Shown here in pieces: positions 13,500-27,326 of a DNA stretch of 64,000 nucleotides. This stretch comes from Octopus sinensis (Eukaryota). Below the pieces are notes generated by a model. It made no database searches and was not told the origin of the DNA. It was given only the letters and a program-made list of their open reading frames with translations. Where the stretch lies: positions 65,348,001 through 65,412,000 of the forward strand of contig NC_043008.1 in NCBI RefSeq assembly GCF_006345805.1, read 5' to 3'. Every line of letters starts with the position of its first letter. Position 1 is the first letter of the stretch. Made by a program: the position numbers and the translations under genes.

Positions 13500-13690
13500 G
13501 TCCCATCATTCCACTGGACGTGTCGCAGGATTACCCATCTTTACCAAGTAAGTATACTGGAGCAACGTTTCATGAACTATCTGGCGGTTTGAACAACGAA
13601 GCGTATCATTTGGTCTAGGATTCGAAACCACAAACTTACCCTGACTCCTAAGCTACACTTCCTACCTTTAGGTGCTTCTGTCACTGAGCT
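13500..13690 (-). mobile_element. Highly decayed SINE related to family D
   Basis: Plus-strand ACTGGAGCAACGTT...GGTCTAGGATTCGAAACCAC resembles the Meta-like domain and B-box of 13015-13338. Confidence 0.4.
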
Positions 13691-13866
13691 GCGGCTAAGA
13701 TGGAGCAAGATCTTGAAATGTTTTGGTCGAACGAATCGACCACAGTTCTTATATTTAAAAACCTTGATGCCAATAGTTGCTGTGGCTGAAGCATATATCT
13801 ATGTGGATGTGCCTGTCTGTTTACCTATATATAGAAGCATAATAAAAGAAGTATATAAAAATAGTG

Positions 13867-14685
13867 TCTCAGCAAAATTCTCTCCAGTTGAGGAAAATTT
13901 CTCCGAATTTCTATCTCTTAGCAAATTCTATTTCTCTCTGCCTCTTACAGTAAAAACAACCGCAGGTAGCAGCAGCGGTGATCGCTAGTCAAATTTCTCA
14001 CGTATGTGTTAAACAATGGTCGAAATCTGAATGCATCACAGTACACTGATGGCAAGAAGCAATGACGAGATGAAACTTTGGAAGCAAATCAAAAATCATC
14101 TCCATATGATATACAGCAATAGAAAAAACGATCGTAGACCCCGCATTCGCTCACGAAAAGAACAAAGGGGGGCTTATATGTAGTTTGAAGAGAAAACGGT
14201 AATCGTATTTACATGAAGAGCTAACAAACGAGACGAATATGCACTGGAGAAGGAAAAAACAATGGTAAATTTAATAAAATTAGACCCTTGAAATACTCCG
14301 AGAATGAAATCTTAAACACGCAAGTGAATTTGTATCAATCAATCTCCTCTCCTCCACTGTTAACAGTAGGAGAAATAGAAAATATCGACCGTACTCTGTA
14401 TAAAGTTAATGGTAATCTCAATTGTAAGTGACTTAGGGGCTTTTAATGCCCGCCGTCTTCTCTAACGTCTTTGCTCATCACCATTAATTTTTTATAAAGA
14501 AATCTAAGTCGATCGCTTATATAGTTTCTAAATGTTTTAAATGACCATGCAGCCTTATCTCATGTTGCAGTGTATTGATAAGTTCCAAATTAGAATGAAA
14601 TAGATTTAAATTTATCTGCATCTACTTGAGAAAAGAAACACACAAATAAATAAAAAATAAACTATGTAAACGAATAATAAATTAA

Positions 14686-14723
<38 letters not shown>

Positions 14724-14878
14724 TATATATAAAGTTTCTCAGCAATTCTTTTCCCTTGACGAACATTTTTTTCTCCCCCTCTTTTATTTCTTAGCGAACC
14801 TTATTCCTCTCTGCCTCTTATACTAAAAACAACCGCAGGTGGCAGCACCGGTAATCACCAGTCAGATTTCAAACGTAT
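13867..14878 (+). repeat. Two diverged copies of a ~140-bp dispersed repeat (13867-14005, 14737-14878)
   Basis: Shared core CTCTCTGCCTCTTA...TAAAAACAACCGCAGGT(A/G)GCAGCA...AGTCA(A/G)ATTTC...CGTAT. Confidence 0.85.
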
Positions 14879-15049
14879 ATATATATATTTATACACGGAG
14901 GAAATCTATAATGAACAACCATCGTATATGCATACACACACACATATATATATACACATACATATATATATATACAAGCATACACCCACACACACATATA
15001 TATATGTTTGTGTGTATGTATAATACACACATGCACACGCACGCACATA

Positions 15050-16230
15050 CGAGGGGTGTTCATTAAATATTTCCTTTGACCAACTTCCCAAGGAATGGGA
15101 TAAACGAAACTTGACATAATTTTTAGTCCTTCTCCACATAGCCGCCACACACTTCTGCCATCTCTTTATGCAGCAATAAAGACATCGTCTGTAGAAGTCG
15201 GTAGGTTGCGTCATGATCCAAAAAGTGCTTCCTCTTCAAAAAAGACTTCATAGTTAGTTGGAAAGAGATGGAAGTGAGATGGTGTGAGGACGGGAGATTA
15301 TGTGTGATAAGGAAGGATTTCATCTGGACAACATGCGCATTGTGATCTGAGATGTTTTCTTGGAGGAGACGAACGTCTTTGGTCAGAATGTAACGCCTCT
15401 CTGCTTTGATGACATCCCGTAATTTCTGCAGGAGTTATTTGTGGTGGCCTTTCCCAGAAAATCCATCATCACTACTCCGCACAGGACCCAAAAGACTGTA
15501 TCACCTTACCTGCTGAGGTTTCGACACGAGCTTTCTTTGGAGGTGGTGAGTTGTCATGCCTCCATTGCTTCGACTTAACTTTAGTCTCAGGATCTTAGTG
15601 ATGGACCCATGTTTCATCTTGTGTGATAAGTCTGCCGAAAAAGTCTTCCTTGTTTTCTTAGCATATTGCCATAAGATCCTGTGATAAATTGACTCGTTTC
15701 TACTACTAAAAAGGTGTGAGCATCCGGGAAATCCATCGTGCTGACAACTTTCGCATGTAGAAATGTGTGAATGATTTTTTTTCACGGACCCTACATTTAT
15801 CTTCACTTCTTCGACTAGTGCCGAATAGCTATGCGGCGATCCCCTGAAATGGCGGCTTCCACTTTATCGATGGTATCGTCATCAACGGCAGAATGCAGTC
15901 GTCCAGGAATATGAGCTGATTCCACTGATGACCGACCACATTTGAACTGGTGATGACAGTGCTAGACTACGTCATATGATGGTGCATTGTCACCATAACT
16001 TCTTCGTCTCATCGAATGTCTCTTTCGGTGTACACCCTTTCAAGAATACGAACCTGATCACTGATCTGCATTCAACTGCCTCCATCATAACACCTTAGTC
16101 CACTTCAGCAGCCGTAAATAAAGCTGCAATATATGTGGTATGTAGAAATACGCATGATTATACCTTTATAAGTTCTGTTTACTGCAATAACCAGAAGTGG
16201 TCTGGGTAAATTTTTAATGAACACCCCTCA
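15050..16230 (-). mobile_element. Near full-length decayed mariner (Tc1/mariner) transposon
   Basis: TIRs TA|CGAGGGGTGTTCATTAAA at 15050 and TTTAATGAACACCCCTC ending near 16230. The minus strand encodes MEAVECRSVIRFVFLKGCTPKETFDE (N-terminal HTH), a frameshifted catalytic region and a remnant of the PPYSPDL/KHF segment. Confidence 0.9.
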
Positions 16231-16319
16231 TGTCTATGTGCACGCGCGCGTATATTATGGACATTACACGTATGCTATGGGTTGATAGCATGTAGCAGGA
16301 TCTTCTTCGTTTTTTTAAG

Positions 16320-16449
16320 AACTATGTATTTCCGAGTAGAGGGAGATATTCTGTCGGCAGTCCCATACTTTGCCGCAGTGCAGTATCCGGGATGAGACGG
16401 CGGGATGATGAGAACGGTGAAAAAGCACTAGTCCAATATTCACTTTTAG
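16320..16449 (+). CDS. Candidate internal exon of an unidentified gene
   Basis: A pyrimidine tract plus AAG acceptor, a 130-nt open frame (NYVFPSRGRYSVGSPILCRSAVSGMRRRDDENGEKALVQYSLL), a strong G|GTGAGT donor and locally raised GC. No domain recognised. Confidence 0.25.
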
Positions 16450-19400
16450 GTGAGTATCTGGGGCACTGCAAAATTGAGTGCGTTACATAAGTACAGAACA
16501 TGCTGACAGGCGCAGAAATCAAACTCATGGCTTTTATGTTTGAAGATTCAACTCAGTTACCAGTAGACAGCGACGTTTTATACACAGTCACACATACACA
16601 TATAGATGCAAGCACACGTATACACACATATACACATGCACAAATACACACACACATACACAGTTATATTTCATGCATACAAAGTGAGGGATTTAATTAC
16701 ATTGCTACAGTTATATATGATTGATTTGTGAACTGTCAGCCAGCAACGGCATTCGACAAGTCGTAGCTCAAATATCTCTGTAACTTCAACCACTCTCCAA
16801 ATTCTGTTTGCAACCCTTTTACACCAAAACTAATCTGAACAATTTTACTAAACTAATAAAAGTTACTTTGCAAACACTTTTCCTTTCGTAATTCTTGACA
16901 GTCAAGATTTTACATTCATTTCTTCCTGCTGCCAGCATGTTATTTACTGTCTTCAAGTTACACTACGCTACTTTTTTCCTTTTACTGCCGATGCAAATAT
17001 CCAAATTGTGGTCGACAGATTTGTTTCCGTTAATGGAAAGAGTACATTGGAAGAGGAAAGGTACCATGTTGATATTCATCTTAGCAACTTTAGTATTTTA
17101 CAATTTGGATTTCATGGATATAGAATTTTTTTTCTTTCCTTTCTTTACTCTTAACAGTCACGGAAGTTCTAGCAAACCCCTTAAACTGACATTCTAAGTT
17201 CAAGCTAAATATGTTTTATTCTAAGATTAAACTTTTAACCTGCTCTCACGATCTGACGTAATGAACAATGAACATTGATGTGAAAGGATGTTAAGCCTGG
17301 CAAAATCGGACTGCGTTCTCTTTTATCGTTTCTTTAACATCCTCTCATTCTTCCGGAAAATTATTTCCTATCTGCTGCAGTGTTTTGAAAATGTGAAACT
17401 GTCGAAAACATTTACCATTCAAGTTCACGATACAACCAAAATAGCAATCGTCTGCTACACTGTTTATTTTTCTTCTTATACATCTCGACAGTACTACACG
17501 TTTAAAATTTCTATTTCTGTTCAAAGATGGTAGAGTTTCATTTCTATTACTAGTCTCTGTTTATGTAATCTTGTGTCGTCTTTTATTTGATTCCATTAGT
17601 TAAAAAAAAAACAGGATCTCAGGTGACTGATTGGAAACGGTACTCGATAACCAACTAACTTCTGACTTTTGCGTCTCCCTCTGTAATTACTTCAACTTCA
17701 TTGATTTTGTATCTATCTCTGGTGAAAAACTCTGCTCGAAACCTTAGATTTCTTATCTTTTTAAAGGCTTATAATTTATTCCATTGTTTTGCATTATATT
17801 ATCTCGAGTTCATTGCTGATTATGTCGCTTTACTAATATGGTATTGGGTTATCACTTCGTTGGACATTTATACTGGACATTCACATCTGTATCAACGCTG
17901 TTTCGCGTTAGATTTGTCAAGAGTTTCATAGGCTTAGAATATTATATTTCTTTCTTCGGAAAAAAGCTATTTTCAGTGAAAAAATGCCTGGGGGATTTGA
18001 ATCTCTAATAGGCATCCTGCAAAGTACGTTAGAGATCAGGATTAGATATGTTGATTTCTGCTATCCGAAAAACAATTATTCTCCAACGATGAGTGCTGCA
18101 TACAGGCAATGACCACTGTACCAGTTTGACGATTTTACCGGATTCCACAAGAAAACTATCTCTATTATTCTGATTTAATTTAATAGAATAATTTGACAAT
18201 GATTACATCACTTTGATGAGTTTCAATTCTTTTTTATTTACTGTGTATGCAAACTAAATACTTCCTGTACAGAGTACAACACTAATTAGTTCGAGACACT
18301 TTTGTTTTGTTCTTTTTGTTTTTTTTTTTTTTTTCGTGTGATCACTGGCCAAACAGATTATTGTAAGTAGTATAAAATAATTTCAAAACGAAAGTGAACA
18401 TATGTAGTAGAAACCACGTGTAAGGATTAACACGGCCTAAAACAAGCTCGCAAGAAGGTATAGGTTAGTTCTAGGTTGACAAAGGTCTATACATTTTAAG
18501 GGAGAGGAAATGGAACCTTTAACAAGTAAATCTCTAGAGAATTTTAACAAACTTCGGTGTTAATGCTTGGCTTTTGTAATTTCGTCTAACATAGAATTAC
18601 CTGCTGTTCAAACGATCGTTTCCACCCCCACAAGAAATATTACGTTTAGCAATATCATGACGATCACCTTAATACTCTCTTAGATGGGTGAAGTGGATGT
18701 ACTATAGCTCTAAAATTTAGTTTCTCATACGTTTAATGTAAATTGTAAGGAACAAAAGACCATTGGCCTAAATAAAGATATTAATCTCATCCACAATTTT
18801 CACCACCTACACCAGTTAATTAGTTTATCTATTGAATTCTGAAACCACAAGGTAGATTTTGCTGGCAAAAGAGTGAAAGAACAAAAGATAAATGGCCTTT
18901 AGCCTACAATGAAATAGTGAAAGCTTCCATAATTTCCAGCTTGTGTTTGTCAAGTCAGTGATTCAGATCTGTTACAGTATAGTAGACTAAAGCTAGCGTG
19001 TTTCATTAAAATGCAGTACTTAATACTTCAAAATGTTATTTTGGCGTATATATGGAGTGACATGTAATCAAACGCGGCAAATGCTGGATGCTCAAGCTCT
19101 TGTTCAGAACCACATTAACGGAACACTTGTAAACAGGAATTGGATAATGGAAGCTATTAGATCGGTTTTGACGGTTGTAAATTCATTGTGAAGTTTATTC
19201 CATTATCGTCTTCCTATCATGTTTGCTTAGATGCCATAGGAACCATCTATTAACGATAAAGATTCATCAGTAAAGAAATGTATAAACAGTATGATAATGG
19301 CTGAAAAATCAACAATTTATGAAGCAATGATAAATATATTTCTCTCCCTATTCTGTCATTATAAGTGAGAAACACAAAGATATGAAATGGATGAGAAATG

Positions 19401-20029
19401 TATCAAAAATAGAGAAATAGACTGAATTCATGCGAAGGTGTGAATTACACTTACAGTTGCCAGCTTCTTTTCTATAAACCTGATTCTAATAAACGAAACA
19501 TTTCATGACACGTAGCAATATTAATATTTCCTTAATATATACCGAGTTCCTCCTTGTTTTATGCTTCCAATATTTTACAGATTCACTAATTGAAAGAGAT
19601 ACGACTGATAGGGACCACGTCGATTTTCTCCCCCGTTAAATGAGCACACCACAATACAGGCATAGATTTTGGGGCAAGATGATTGCTCCTCCTAAAGATA
19701 TGTATGTGCAAACACATGTTCATGTATATGCATAGAAGTGCATATGCATACATGTGATGTGAAACAACACTTCCATTTATTATGTATTCATATACATAGC
19801 CCAATGTATTTAAGCACTACTTAGACACATACACATAGGTATATACAGGAGTTTTGCCTGTGTGTTCACACTGTCACCCTGTAAGTGATGGCACTCAATA
19901 AGTGTGTGGATGTGTCTTTATGTATGTAGGTATTCATTTTTGTATAGATGTAGGTATATATTATATTCCTACACAAGCGTATATATATATACATACATAT
20001 ATATATATATCCCTACACAAGCGTGTATA

Positions 20030-20066
<37 letters not shown>

Positions 20067-20154
20067 CATACATATACATTCACTTGCATAAATGTATGCA
20101 CACACATGTAAAAATATACACACATGCATATATACTTCCATTACTATATCCATC

Positions 20155-20400
20155 GTGAAGGCACAATTACCCAGTGGTTAGGGCAGCGGACTCGCGGTCG
20201 TAGGATCGCGGTTTCGATTCCCATACCAGCCGTTGCGAGTGTTTACTGAACGAAAGCACCTAAAGCACCACTACGCTACGTTAAGGGTACACGTGTATGT
20301 GGAGTGCTCAGCCACTTGCCCGTTAATTTCGCAAGCAAGCTGTTCTGTTGATGAGATCAACTTGAACTCTTCTCATCGTAACCGACAGAGTCACGATATC
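20155..20400 (+). mobile_element. tRNA-derived SINE sharing the family C head but with a different body
   Basis: 33 nt (20177-20209) are identical to 12324-12356. The sequences diverge after about 110 nt, and this copy ends ...CGTAACCGACAGAGTC. Confidence 0.75.
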
Positions 20401-20411
20401 CGGCTCTCCTT

Positions 20412-20457
<46 letters not shown>

Positions 20458-21066
20458 ACTTCCTGTCTCTCTGTATATATGTGTGTGTGTGCGCGTGAGT
20501 GTGTGTATGTGTGATTATAAGCCATTTTAACTGGTAATTAGCATCATTTAAAGTCTAACCCTTCCTCTTTTTATAGACAGTTGCTTATAACCAACTCGCT
20601 ATTCCTAATGTCTTATTTCCTCCTTGGGGAAAGAGATACATATGACAATATTTATGACCATACCTAACCATGAGCTGCCAACTCACTCTTGTCCTTTATT
20701 CAAAATAGGCACACAATTTCTAGTCTGAGATTTAGTAATCGATAAAGAAATAAATGAATTAGAAATGAATTACAATCCCTTGCAACACTATGACCCCACC
20801 AGGTTCCATGCGATTCTTGGAAGAGTAGTGTATTTTTAGCTACAATAGCCACAATATGGATTTCTTCCATGTTCTTGCTTTGTGAGGATATTTTTAAAAA
20901 ATGATATTAGTGTGTCTTACTTGTTAAAATTTTATTTATTTATTTGTGCAGTCGAAGATAGCACTGCATTTAAATTTATGTAACGATTGCATTGTTCAAT
21001 TAAATGGAGTCGCTAGAAACGGTCGTACTGCATCTCTATTTGATATCCTGTCGCTTATTTTGATTT

Positions 21067-21100
<34 letters not shown>

Positions 21101-21109
21101 ATATATATA

Positions 21110-21305
<196 letters not shown>

Positions 21306-23234
21306 ATAGCTGCCCCACGTTATCGAGTATTGCCATTGCACGAGCTTAACTGTTATTGGTGCTGTGATCGAATGTGACATTTTAGCCCAGCTAAAGATCT
21401 ACAATGCCTTGTACAGAATTGGCAGCTTAAACCTTTACCGGCAGTAGCCGGCTGTAGTTGTAACTGGGCTTCATGTACCTTTGTATGTCGTTTAAGTTCT
21501 CCTGCCGAATTAAACTCTCTTCTACATGCTTGACAGATATGATTAGTATGGTGTTTAACATCACCACCAGTGGCCAGGTTGTCACTCATCTGTCTCGCTT
21601 TATGACTACGAAGATGACTTTACTGAGGCAGGGTCTTGCACAGACACTGCATGTCAGCATAATAGGAAGACCCTTCCCATCCGAAAGCGTAACAGCGATG
21701 CCCTTCCTGACATCCCCACCTAATTCTCATGTGCAACTCGAGATTTATCAAATATACCTGCCCCCTCGTGCATAATCCTTCTCCACCTGCTACGATCAAT
21801 AGCTATGCCCTCGCATGTGTCAGGAGAGATGCAAGCATCTCTTAAGGAAGCCTTCAGAAAGCCCCTATACCTCTTTTTTGGTTTGTGTGGAGGTAGTTCT
21901 CCTTTAGCTAACTCTCCATAAAAGAGTTGTTTTGGCATCCTTGAATCCTTCGTCCTGACCAGATGACCACTCCATCTGAGCCTTCTATACTTTCGCACCG
22001 AGAGCCTTCCAATATTTCAAGATCACTGATGCGGTCCTCCCAGTTAATGCCGTAGATCCGTCTGAGACACATCTGATGGAAACGTTCCAGTTGTTTAAGG
22101 TGGTATCAATATGTGACCCACGGGTCGTAGGCATAGAGAAGAGAAAGGAGCATACATGCCTTGTACACCTTTATCTTTGTCTTTCTGCATATGTCTCGCC
22201 GACTCCACAGTCGCCTTTCTAACCTTCCGAAAGCATCACTTGCTTTCCTAATTCTGTATCGAACTTCATCATCCAAATTGCTATATCAATTAACAATGTT
22301 TCCCAGGTAGACAAACTGGTCAACTACATCAAGTCGTTTACCATACACATAGATATTTGGTACACTATACTGCTTACCAGGGGCAGGTAGGTGCATGACA
22401 ACATTTTTCTTGGGACTGACTGTCAATCGTAAGGCAGTGCAAGCATCAGAGAATGCATTCAAAATGTGTTGCATATCAATCTCTGTGCGCGCTACTAGAT
22501 TACAATCATCTGCATACAAAAGATCTCTTATGATAGAGGTAAATACCTTTGTTTTTGCAGCAAAGCGCCTGATATTGAGGTTCGATAATGGATGTAAACA
22601 CCATATCTGCAGTTATGGCAAATATATGGCAAATATATATATATATGGCAAATAGGGTCGGTGCCAGAATATCCCCGTTTCACGCCAATTTGTATTGAAA
22701 TGGGCTCCGACATTTTCCCTCTAATAGTAACCCTACTCTTCATGTATTCATGGAAAGACCTAACCAAAGTAAGGAACTTTTCAGGACACCCAAGTTTCCA
22801 GAGGACTTTCAACAATGATTTTCTATTAACGGTATCAAAAGCTTTTGTCAGATCGACAAAAACCTGATACAAATCCACACCCTGTTCCACACACTTCTCC
22901 TGAAGCTGTCTAGCTGAGAAGATCATATCAGCAGTGCCACGTCCCACACGAAAGCCAGATTGACTTTCTGGAAGAACACAATCTGCAACGTGTTTCAGAA
23001 AACGATCAGCGTAAAACCTTTCCTACGACAGAAAGCTATGATATTCCCCTATAGTTACCACAATCATTCCTGTAGCCCTTTCCCTTATACAAGACCACGA
23101 TTACTGTATCTCTCCAGTACAGATTCACTAGCCCATATCTTACCAAACAAAGAGTGAAGTTGCTGCAGCAGTTTCTCACCATCATGTTGTAACAACTCCG
23201 CATATATGCCATCCATACCTGGAGATTTCCCATT
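21306..23234 (-). mobile_element. 5'-truncated, frameshifted RTE-clade LINE (RT domain plus C-terminal C2H2 fingers)
   Basis: Motifs: KSPGMDGIYAE, DCGNYRGIS, GRGTADMIFSARQLQEKC, FVDLTKAFDTV, YADD, RLRWSGHLVR...MPKQLFYGEL, then CxxC...H fingers and a short 3' UTR. Confidence 0.95.
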
Positions 23235-23659
23235 AGATAGATAGATAGATACATACATACATACATACACACAAAGATATATAATCACATATGTATATCC
23301 TTAGATACATATATACGTATATATATACATATATATGTGTGTGTGTGCGTGTGTGTTTGTGTGTGGGGTGTCTGTGTGTGCATGTGTGTGTGTCTGTGTC
23401 CGTTTGTGTTTGCGTGTACGTTGGAGTGGTGAATAATGAACTGTAAATTATGAATAATATTTGTATGAAATACACTTATTGTGATATAAAAACAAATTTG
23501 TTACACAACAGATTATTCCTCCCTTATGACGGAAATGCTTGTCACTCATAACTTGACTGAAGAATCTTTGAACAGAAGTAAATCTCCTGATTTGCAGGAT
23601 TTATTCGACAGAAATAAAATATTATTAAAGTTTCCAACTACTAAACTTTTGTATGGATA

Positions 23660-23671
23660 TATATGTATATG

Positions 23672-23716
<45 letters not shown>

Positions 23717-23735
23717 TAATAATAATAATATAATA

Positions 23736-23783
<48 letters not shown>

Positions 23784-23785
23784 TA

Positions 23786-23845
<60 letters not shown>

Positions 23846-23892
23846 GTAATAATAATAATAATAATAAGATAATAATAATAATAATAATAATG

Positions 23893-23948
<56 letters not shown>

Positions 23949-23987
23949 TAATAATAATAATAATATAATATAATAATAATAATAATA

Positions 23988-24019
<32 letters not shown>

Positions 24020-24095
24020 TAATAATAATAATATAATAATAATAATAATAATATAATAATAATAATAACAGCAACAACAACAACACTAATAATAA
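23660..24095. repeat. ~430-bp (AAT)n microsatellite
   Basis: Direct observation; interrupted by occasional GAT/AAC units. Confidence 0.97.
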
Positions 24096-24161
24096 TACTT
24101 TATTTAATTTTATATAGATATATATTGATTATGTAACGAGAAAATGGACTTGGTATATTTT

Positions 24162-24317
24162 ATTTTGTACAGCGTTCGTTTCAACCCAAACTGTGCCAGT
24201 GTTCTATTCAACACTTAAACACACTAATAGCTATAAGTCGATATATATATATTAGTGTGTTTAAGTGTTGAATAGAACACTGGCACAGTTTGGGTTGAAA
24301 CAAACGCTGTACAAAAT
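24162..24317. repeat. Near-perfect inverted repeat (~68-bp arms, 20-nt spacer)
   Basis: 24162-24229 is the reverse complement of 24250-24317 with one mismatch. Confidence 0.95.
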
Positions 24318-24359
24318 GTATATATATATACAAAATGTATATATATATATATATATATA

Positions 24360-24398
<39 letters not shown>

Positions 24399-24400
<2 letters not shown>

Positions 24401-24815
24401 CCGTGGGAGTGGCTGTGTGGTAAGAGACTTCCTTGCCAACCACATGGTTCCTAGTTCAGTTCCACTGCGCGGGACTTTCGGAAAGTGTCTTCTACTATAG
24501 CCTCAGGCCGACCGAAGCCTTGTGAGCAGATTTGTTACACGTAAACTGAAAGAATCCCGTCTCATAACCATGTGTGTTTGCGTGTGCGTGTGTGTGTATG
24601 TGTATGTTCGTGTGCCTGTGCTTGTCCCGCCACCATCGCTTGACAATCGATGCTGGTGTGTTTACATCCCCGTACCTTAGCGGTTCGGCAAAAGAGAACC
24701 ATAGAATAAATACTAAGCTTACAAAGAATACGTCCTGGGGTTCATTTGTTCGACTGAAGGCGGTGCTGCAGCATGGCCGCGGTCAAATGACTGAAATGAG
24801 TAAAAGAATAAAGGA
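24399..24815 (+). mobile_element. SINE family A
   Basis: Head GGAGTGGCTGTGTGGTAAG, central (GT)n, and tail GCATGGCCGCGGTCAAATGACTGAAA...TAAAAGA. Confidence 0.9.
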
Positions 24816-24885
<70 letters not shown>

Positions 24886-26224
24886 ATATTTATAAACATG
24901 TGTATTAGCACATTAAATATTTATAAAAACGGATGTATTGCACGTTTTATTATATGGCTATATTCTTTTCCATGGCGCGCCAAATCGTTGAAAAATTGAA
25001 AATTCTTAGTCATGTGTATACTTGTTCATATGTACTTGTTCCTTTATCCTTGCGTGTAAATATCTATCTAGCTATATATATATGAATGTGTTAATGCATA
25101 TTCCCGGTAAGGATAATTTTGGCTGCATCGTACGCATTATTAAGTTCATAGAATATCAAGATATCTGTGGAGTTTCATGCGTTGTGTATATAATATTTAA
25201 AGAGACATTATATAAATAAGGAAGGCATTAACTGCTGATCGCTAACAGATATTATATCGTATGCTTGAAACCAATTAAACTTTACAATAGACTCTGCTTC
25301 ATTACACAATATGATGAATAAACAAATGTATAGATAACATTGATAGGTAAAATATTCCTCAACTATCTCAATACATATATTGGATTATGTGAACATGAGA
25401 ATTTTCTCAGGGGATTTTCGGATTCAAGCAGCTGCCATCAGTTTTGACAAGACAATTTCCTTCGTAATGCCGGTAAATTGCTACTCGATCGATTACTTAA
25501 TCCTCAAGAAATTGATACAATGAAGCAGAAAAAATGCAATAAACTGGACAATATTGGTGTAGGAGAATCTATAGTGATATTGAAATATATGCCTGGAGAG
25601 GGAAAGTTCTTTGTTGGTTACTTAAAGGTCCTTAAGAAATACAAATGGTATTCTGCACTTGGCATATGATATCAGATTTGTACTGTAGACGGGAGAGTCA
25701 AAGTTTAAGTTGATTTTATTGATAATATTTTAGAAAATTACTGATTCGAAGTAAACGCACAGTGTAAATGATTGCTTAACAATTTCTGACTTTTTCTAGA
25801 ACATTCTAGTCAATGCGTACACGTGAGAAATTGTTATATAGATCTATTGTTATAATGATAGATATTATGAAATATGATTGTCAGCGAATTATATGAAACC
25901 TGCTCGTTGCAAACAAACTCAAAACTATGGAGAAAACAAATCGTTTCGCTCGTTCTATCTTTCTCTGCTTTAGAATAAACACACACGTACGCGCGCACAC
26001 ACAAACATACATACATAGATACATGGCTATATACATACATATATACATTATATACATGCATACATAGACACACACGCACACACAGGAGTGACTTAACAGT
26101 TACTCGCATTTTTGCAAAGCTTTCTTTAGCTTACCCACATTGTCTTCGGCAATGTGGCTAAGCGACAAAGCAATTACGCAACCTAAGTTTGTAATTGATC
26201 GCCCCAGATTTTTTTATTGTGCTC

Positions 26225-26415
26225 CAAAGTAACTACTGCAGTGTGCATGAATGAAGAACAAAGATTAGTAGTCCGATTTCTCAGGCCAGAATGTGTATCA
26301 GTGGCTGACATTCATTGACTATTCTCCTTACAGTGTATTTGAGTGGATTGAGAAGTTTAAAAATGGCCAGAGAAGCATATAGCATATCAAGGAAGCGGAA
26401 CGCCCATCAACTGTC
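26225..26415 (+). mobile_element. Mariner transposase N-terminal remnant
   Basis: Translates with breaks as EEQRLVVRFLRPECVSVADIH...VFEWIEKFKNGQRS...ERPST, typical of the mariner HTH region. Confidence 0.65.
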
Positions 26416-27208
26416 ATGAAAATTCAACAAATAATAGAGAGAGAGGGGGGAGAGCGAGAGCGAGAAGAAAGGGAGAGCGAGAAGAAAGGGAGAGCGAGAA
26501 GAAAGGGAGAGCGAGAAGAGAGGGGGTATAGTTAGAAGAAACGAATTGCTTAAAAAATCTATGCAGATATCAATAAAGCATTAGGTTTCATATGGATTTG
26601 GTTAACAATATCCAATAATCAGCCCTCAGCAAATGTAGGTAGAATATATATCCAAGGTATTTCATCCTGTATAACGAGTAGAACAAGATATCATTGAGAA
26701 GAATTTCGAGAAATGCCGAGTATGTGACCGCGCGTGTATCGTTGGCGATTTTCTTTCTCAGTTTTCCATTCCTTGGACCTTTCCTTTTTCTTTGTTTCTG
26801 ACGAAGAGCTCCGTTCGAAACTCTAGATCCTCCTTCTTTCTTTCCTTTCCTTAGCGTCCAATAACACGACACATCTAGCATGAATTCCTCTTGGGTGGGA
26901 CACTCAACAACTGACAGAGACATAGTTTCATGAAATTGTATTTAGCAATAAGAAAGTTCTAATATCACGACAAATTGTTTCTTAATTTAAAAGTATGTAA
27001 ATAATTCATACTAATATATTTAATAATAAATAAATGACTTATATGTCTGTATTAATACAAAATGAAGACAATTCTTCAAAATAATGTAGAATTTAAGCTA
27101 CGACCTTATCGTTTTCAATTTCATTGTACTATGTTCCATATGTTTTTTAGAACGATATATTAAGTAGCCTCTTTTATGAATATTACAGAGTTACTTAAAT
27201 CCACATAT

Positions 27209-27264
<56 letters not shown>

Positions 27265-27326
27265 TATATATATACGAAATCAGCATAAAAGTAAAAAAAA
27301 CATGTAACATAAATTAATATCAGTAT

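Noticed and set aside
16930-17150. Open frame with NGKSTL resembling a P-loop
   Set aside because: It lacks the first Gly of GxxxxGKS and has a weak donor; it is likely decayed repeat sequence.
19451-19475. Additional micro-exon candidates (19451-19475 minus, 30621-30644 plus, 35872-35889 minus, 44727-44777 minus)
   Set aside because: Short AG...GT cassettes arise readily by chance in 64 kb of AT-rich DNA, and there is no independent support.
23625-24086. 153-aa poly-L/I/Y ORF
   Set aside because: Reverse translation of the (AAT)n microsatellite.
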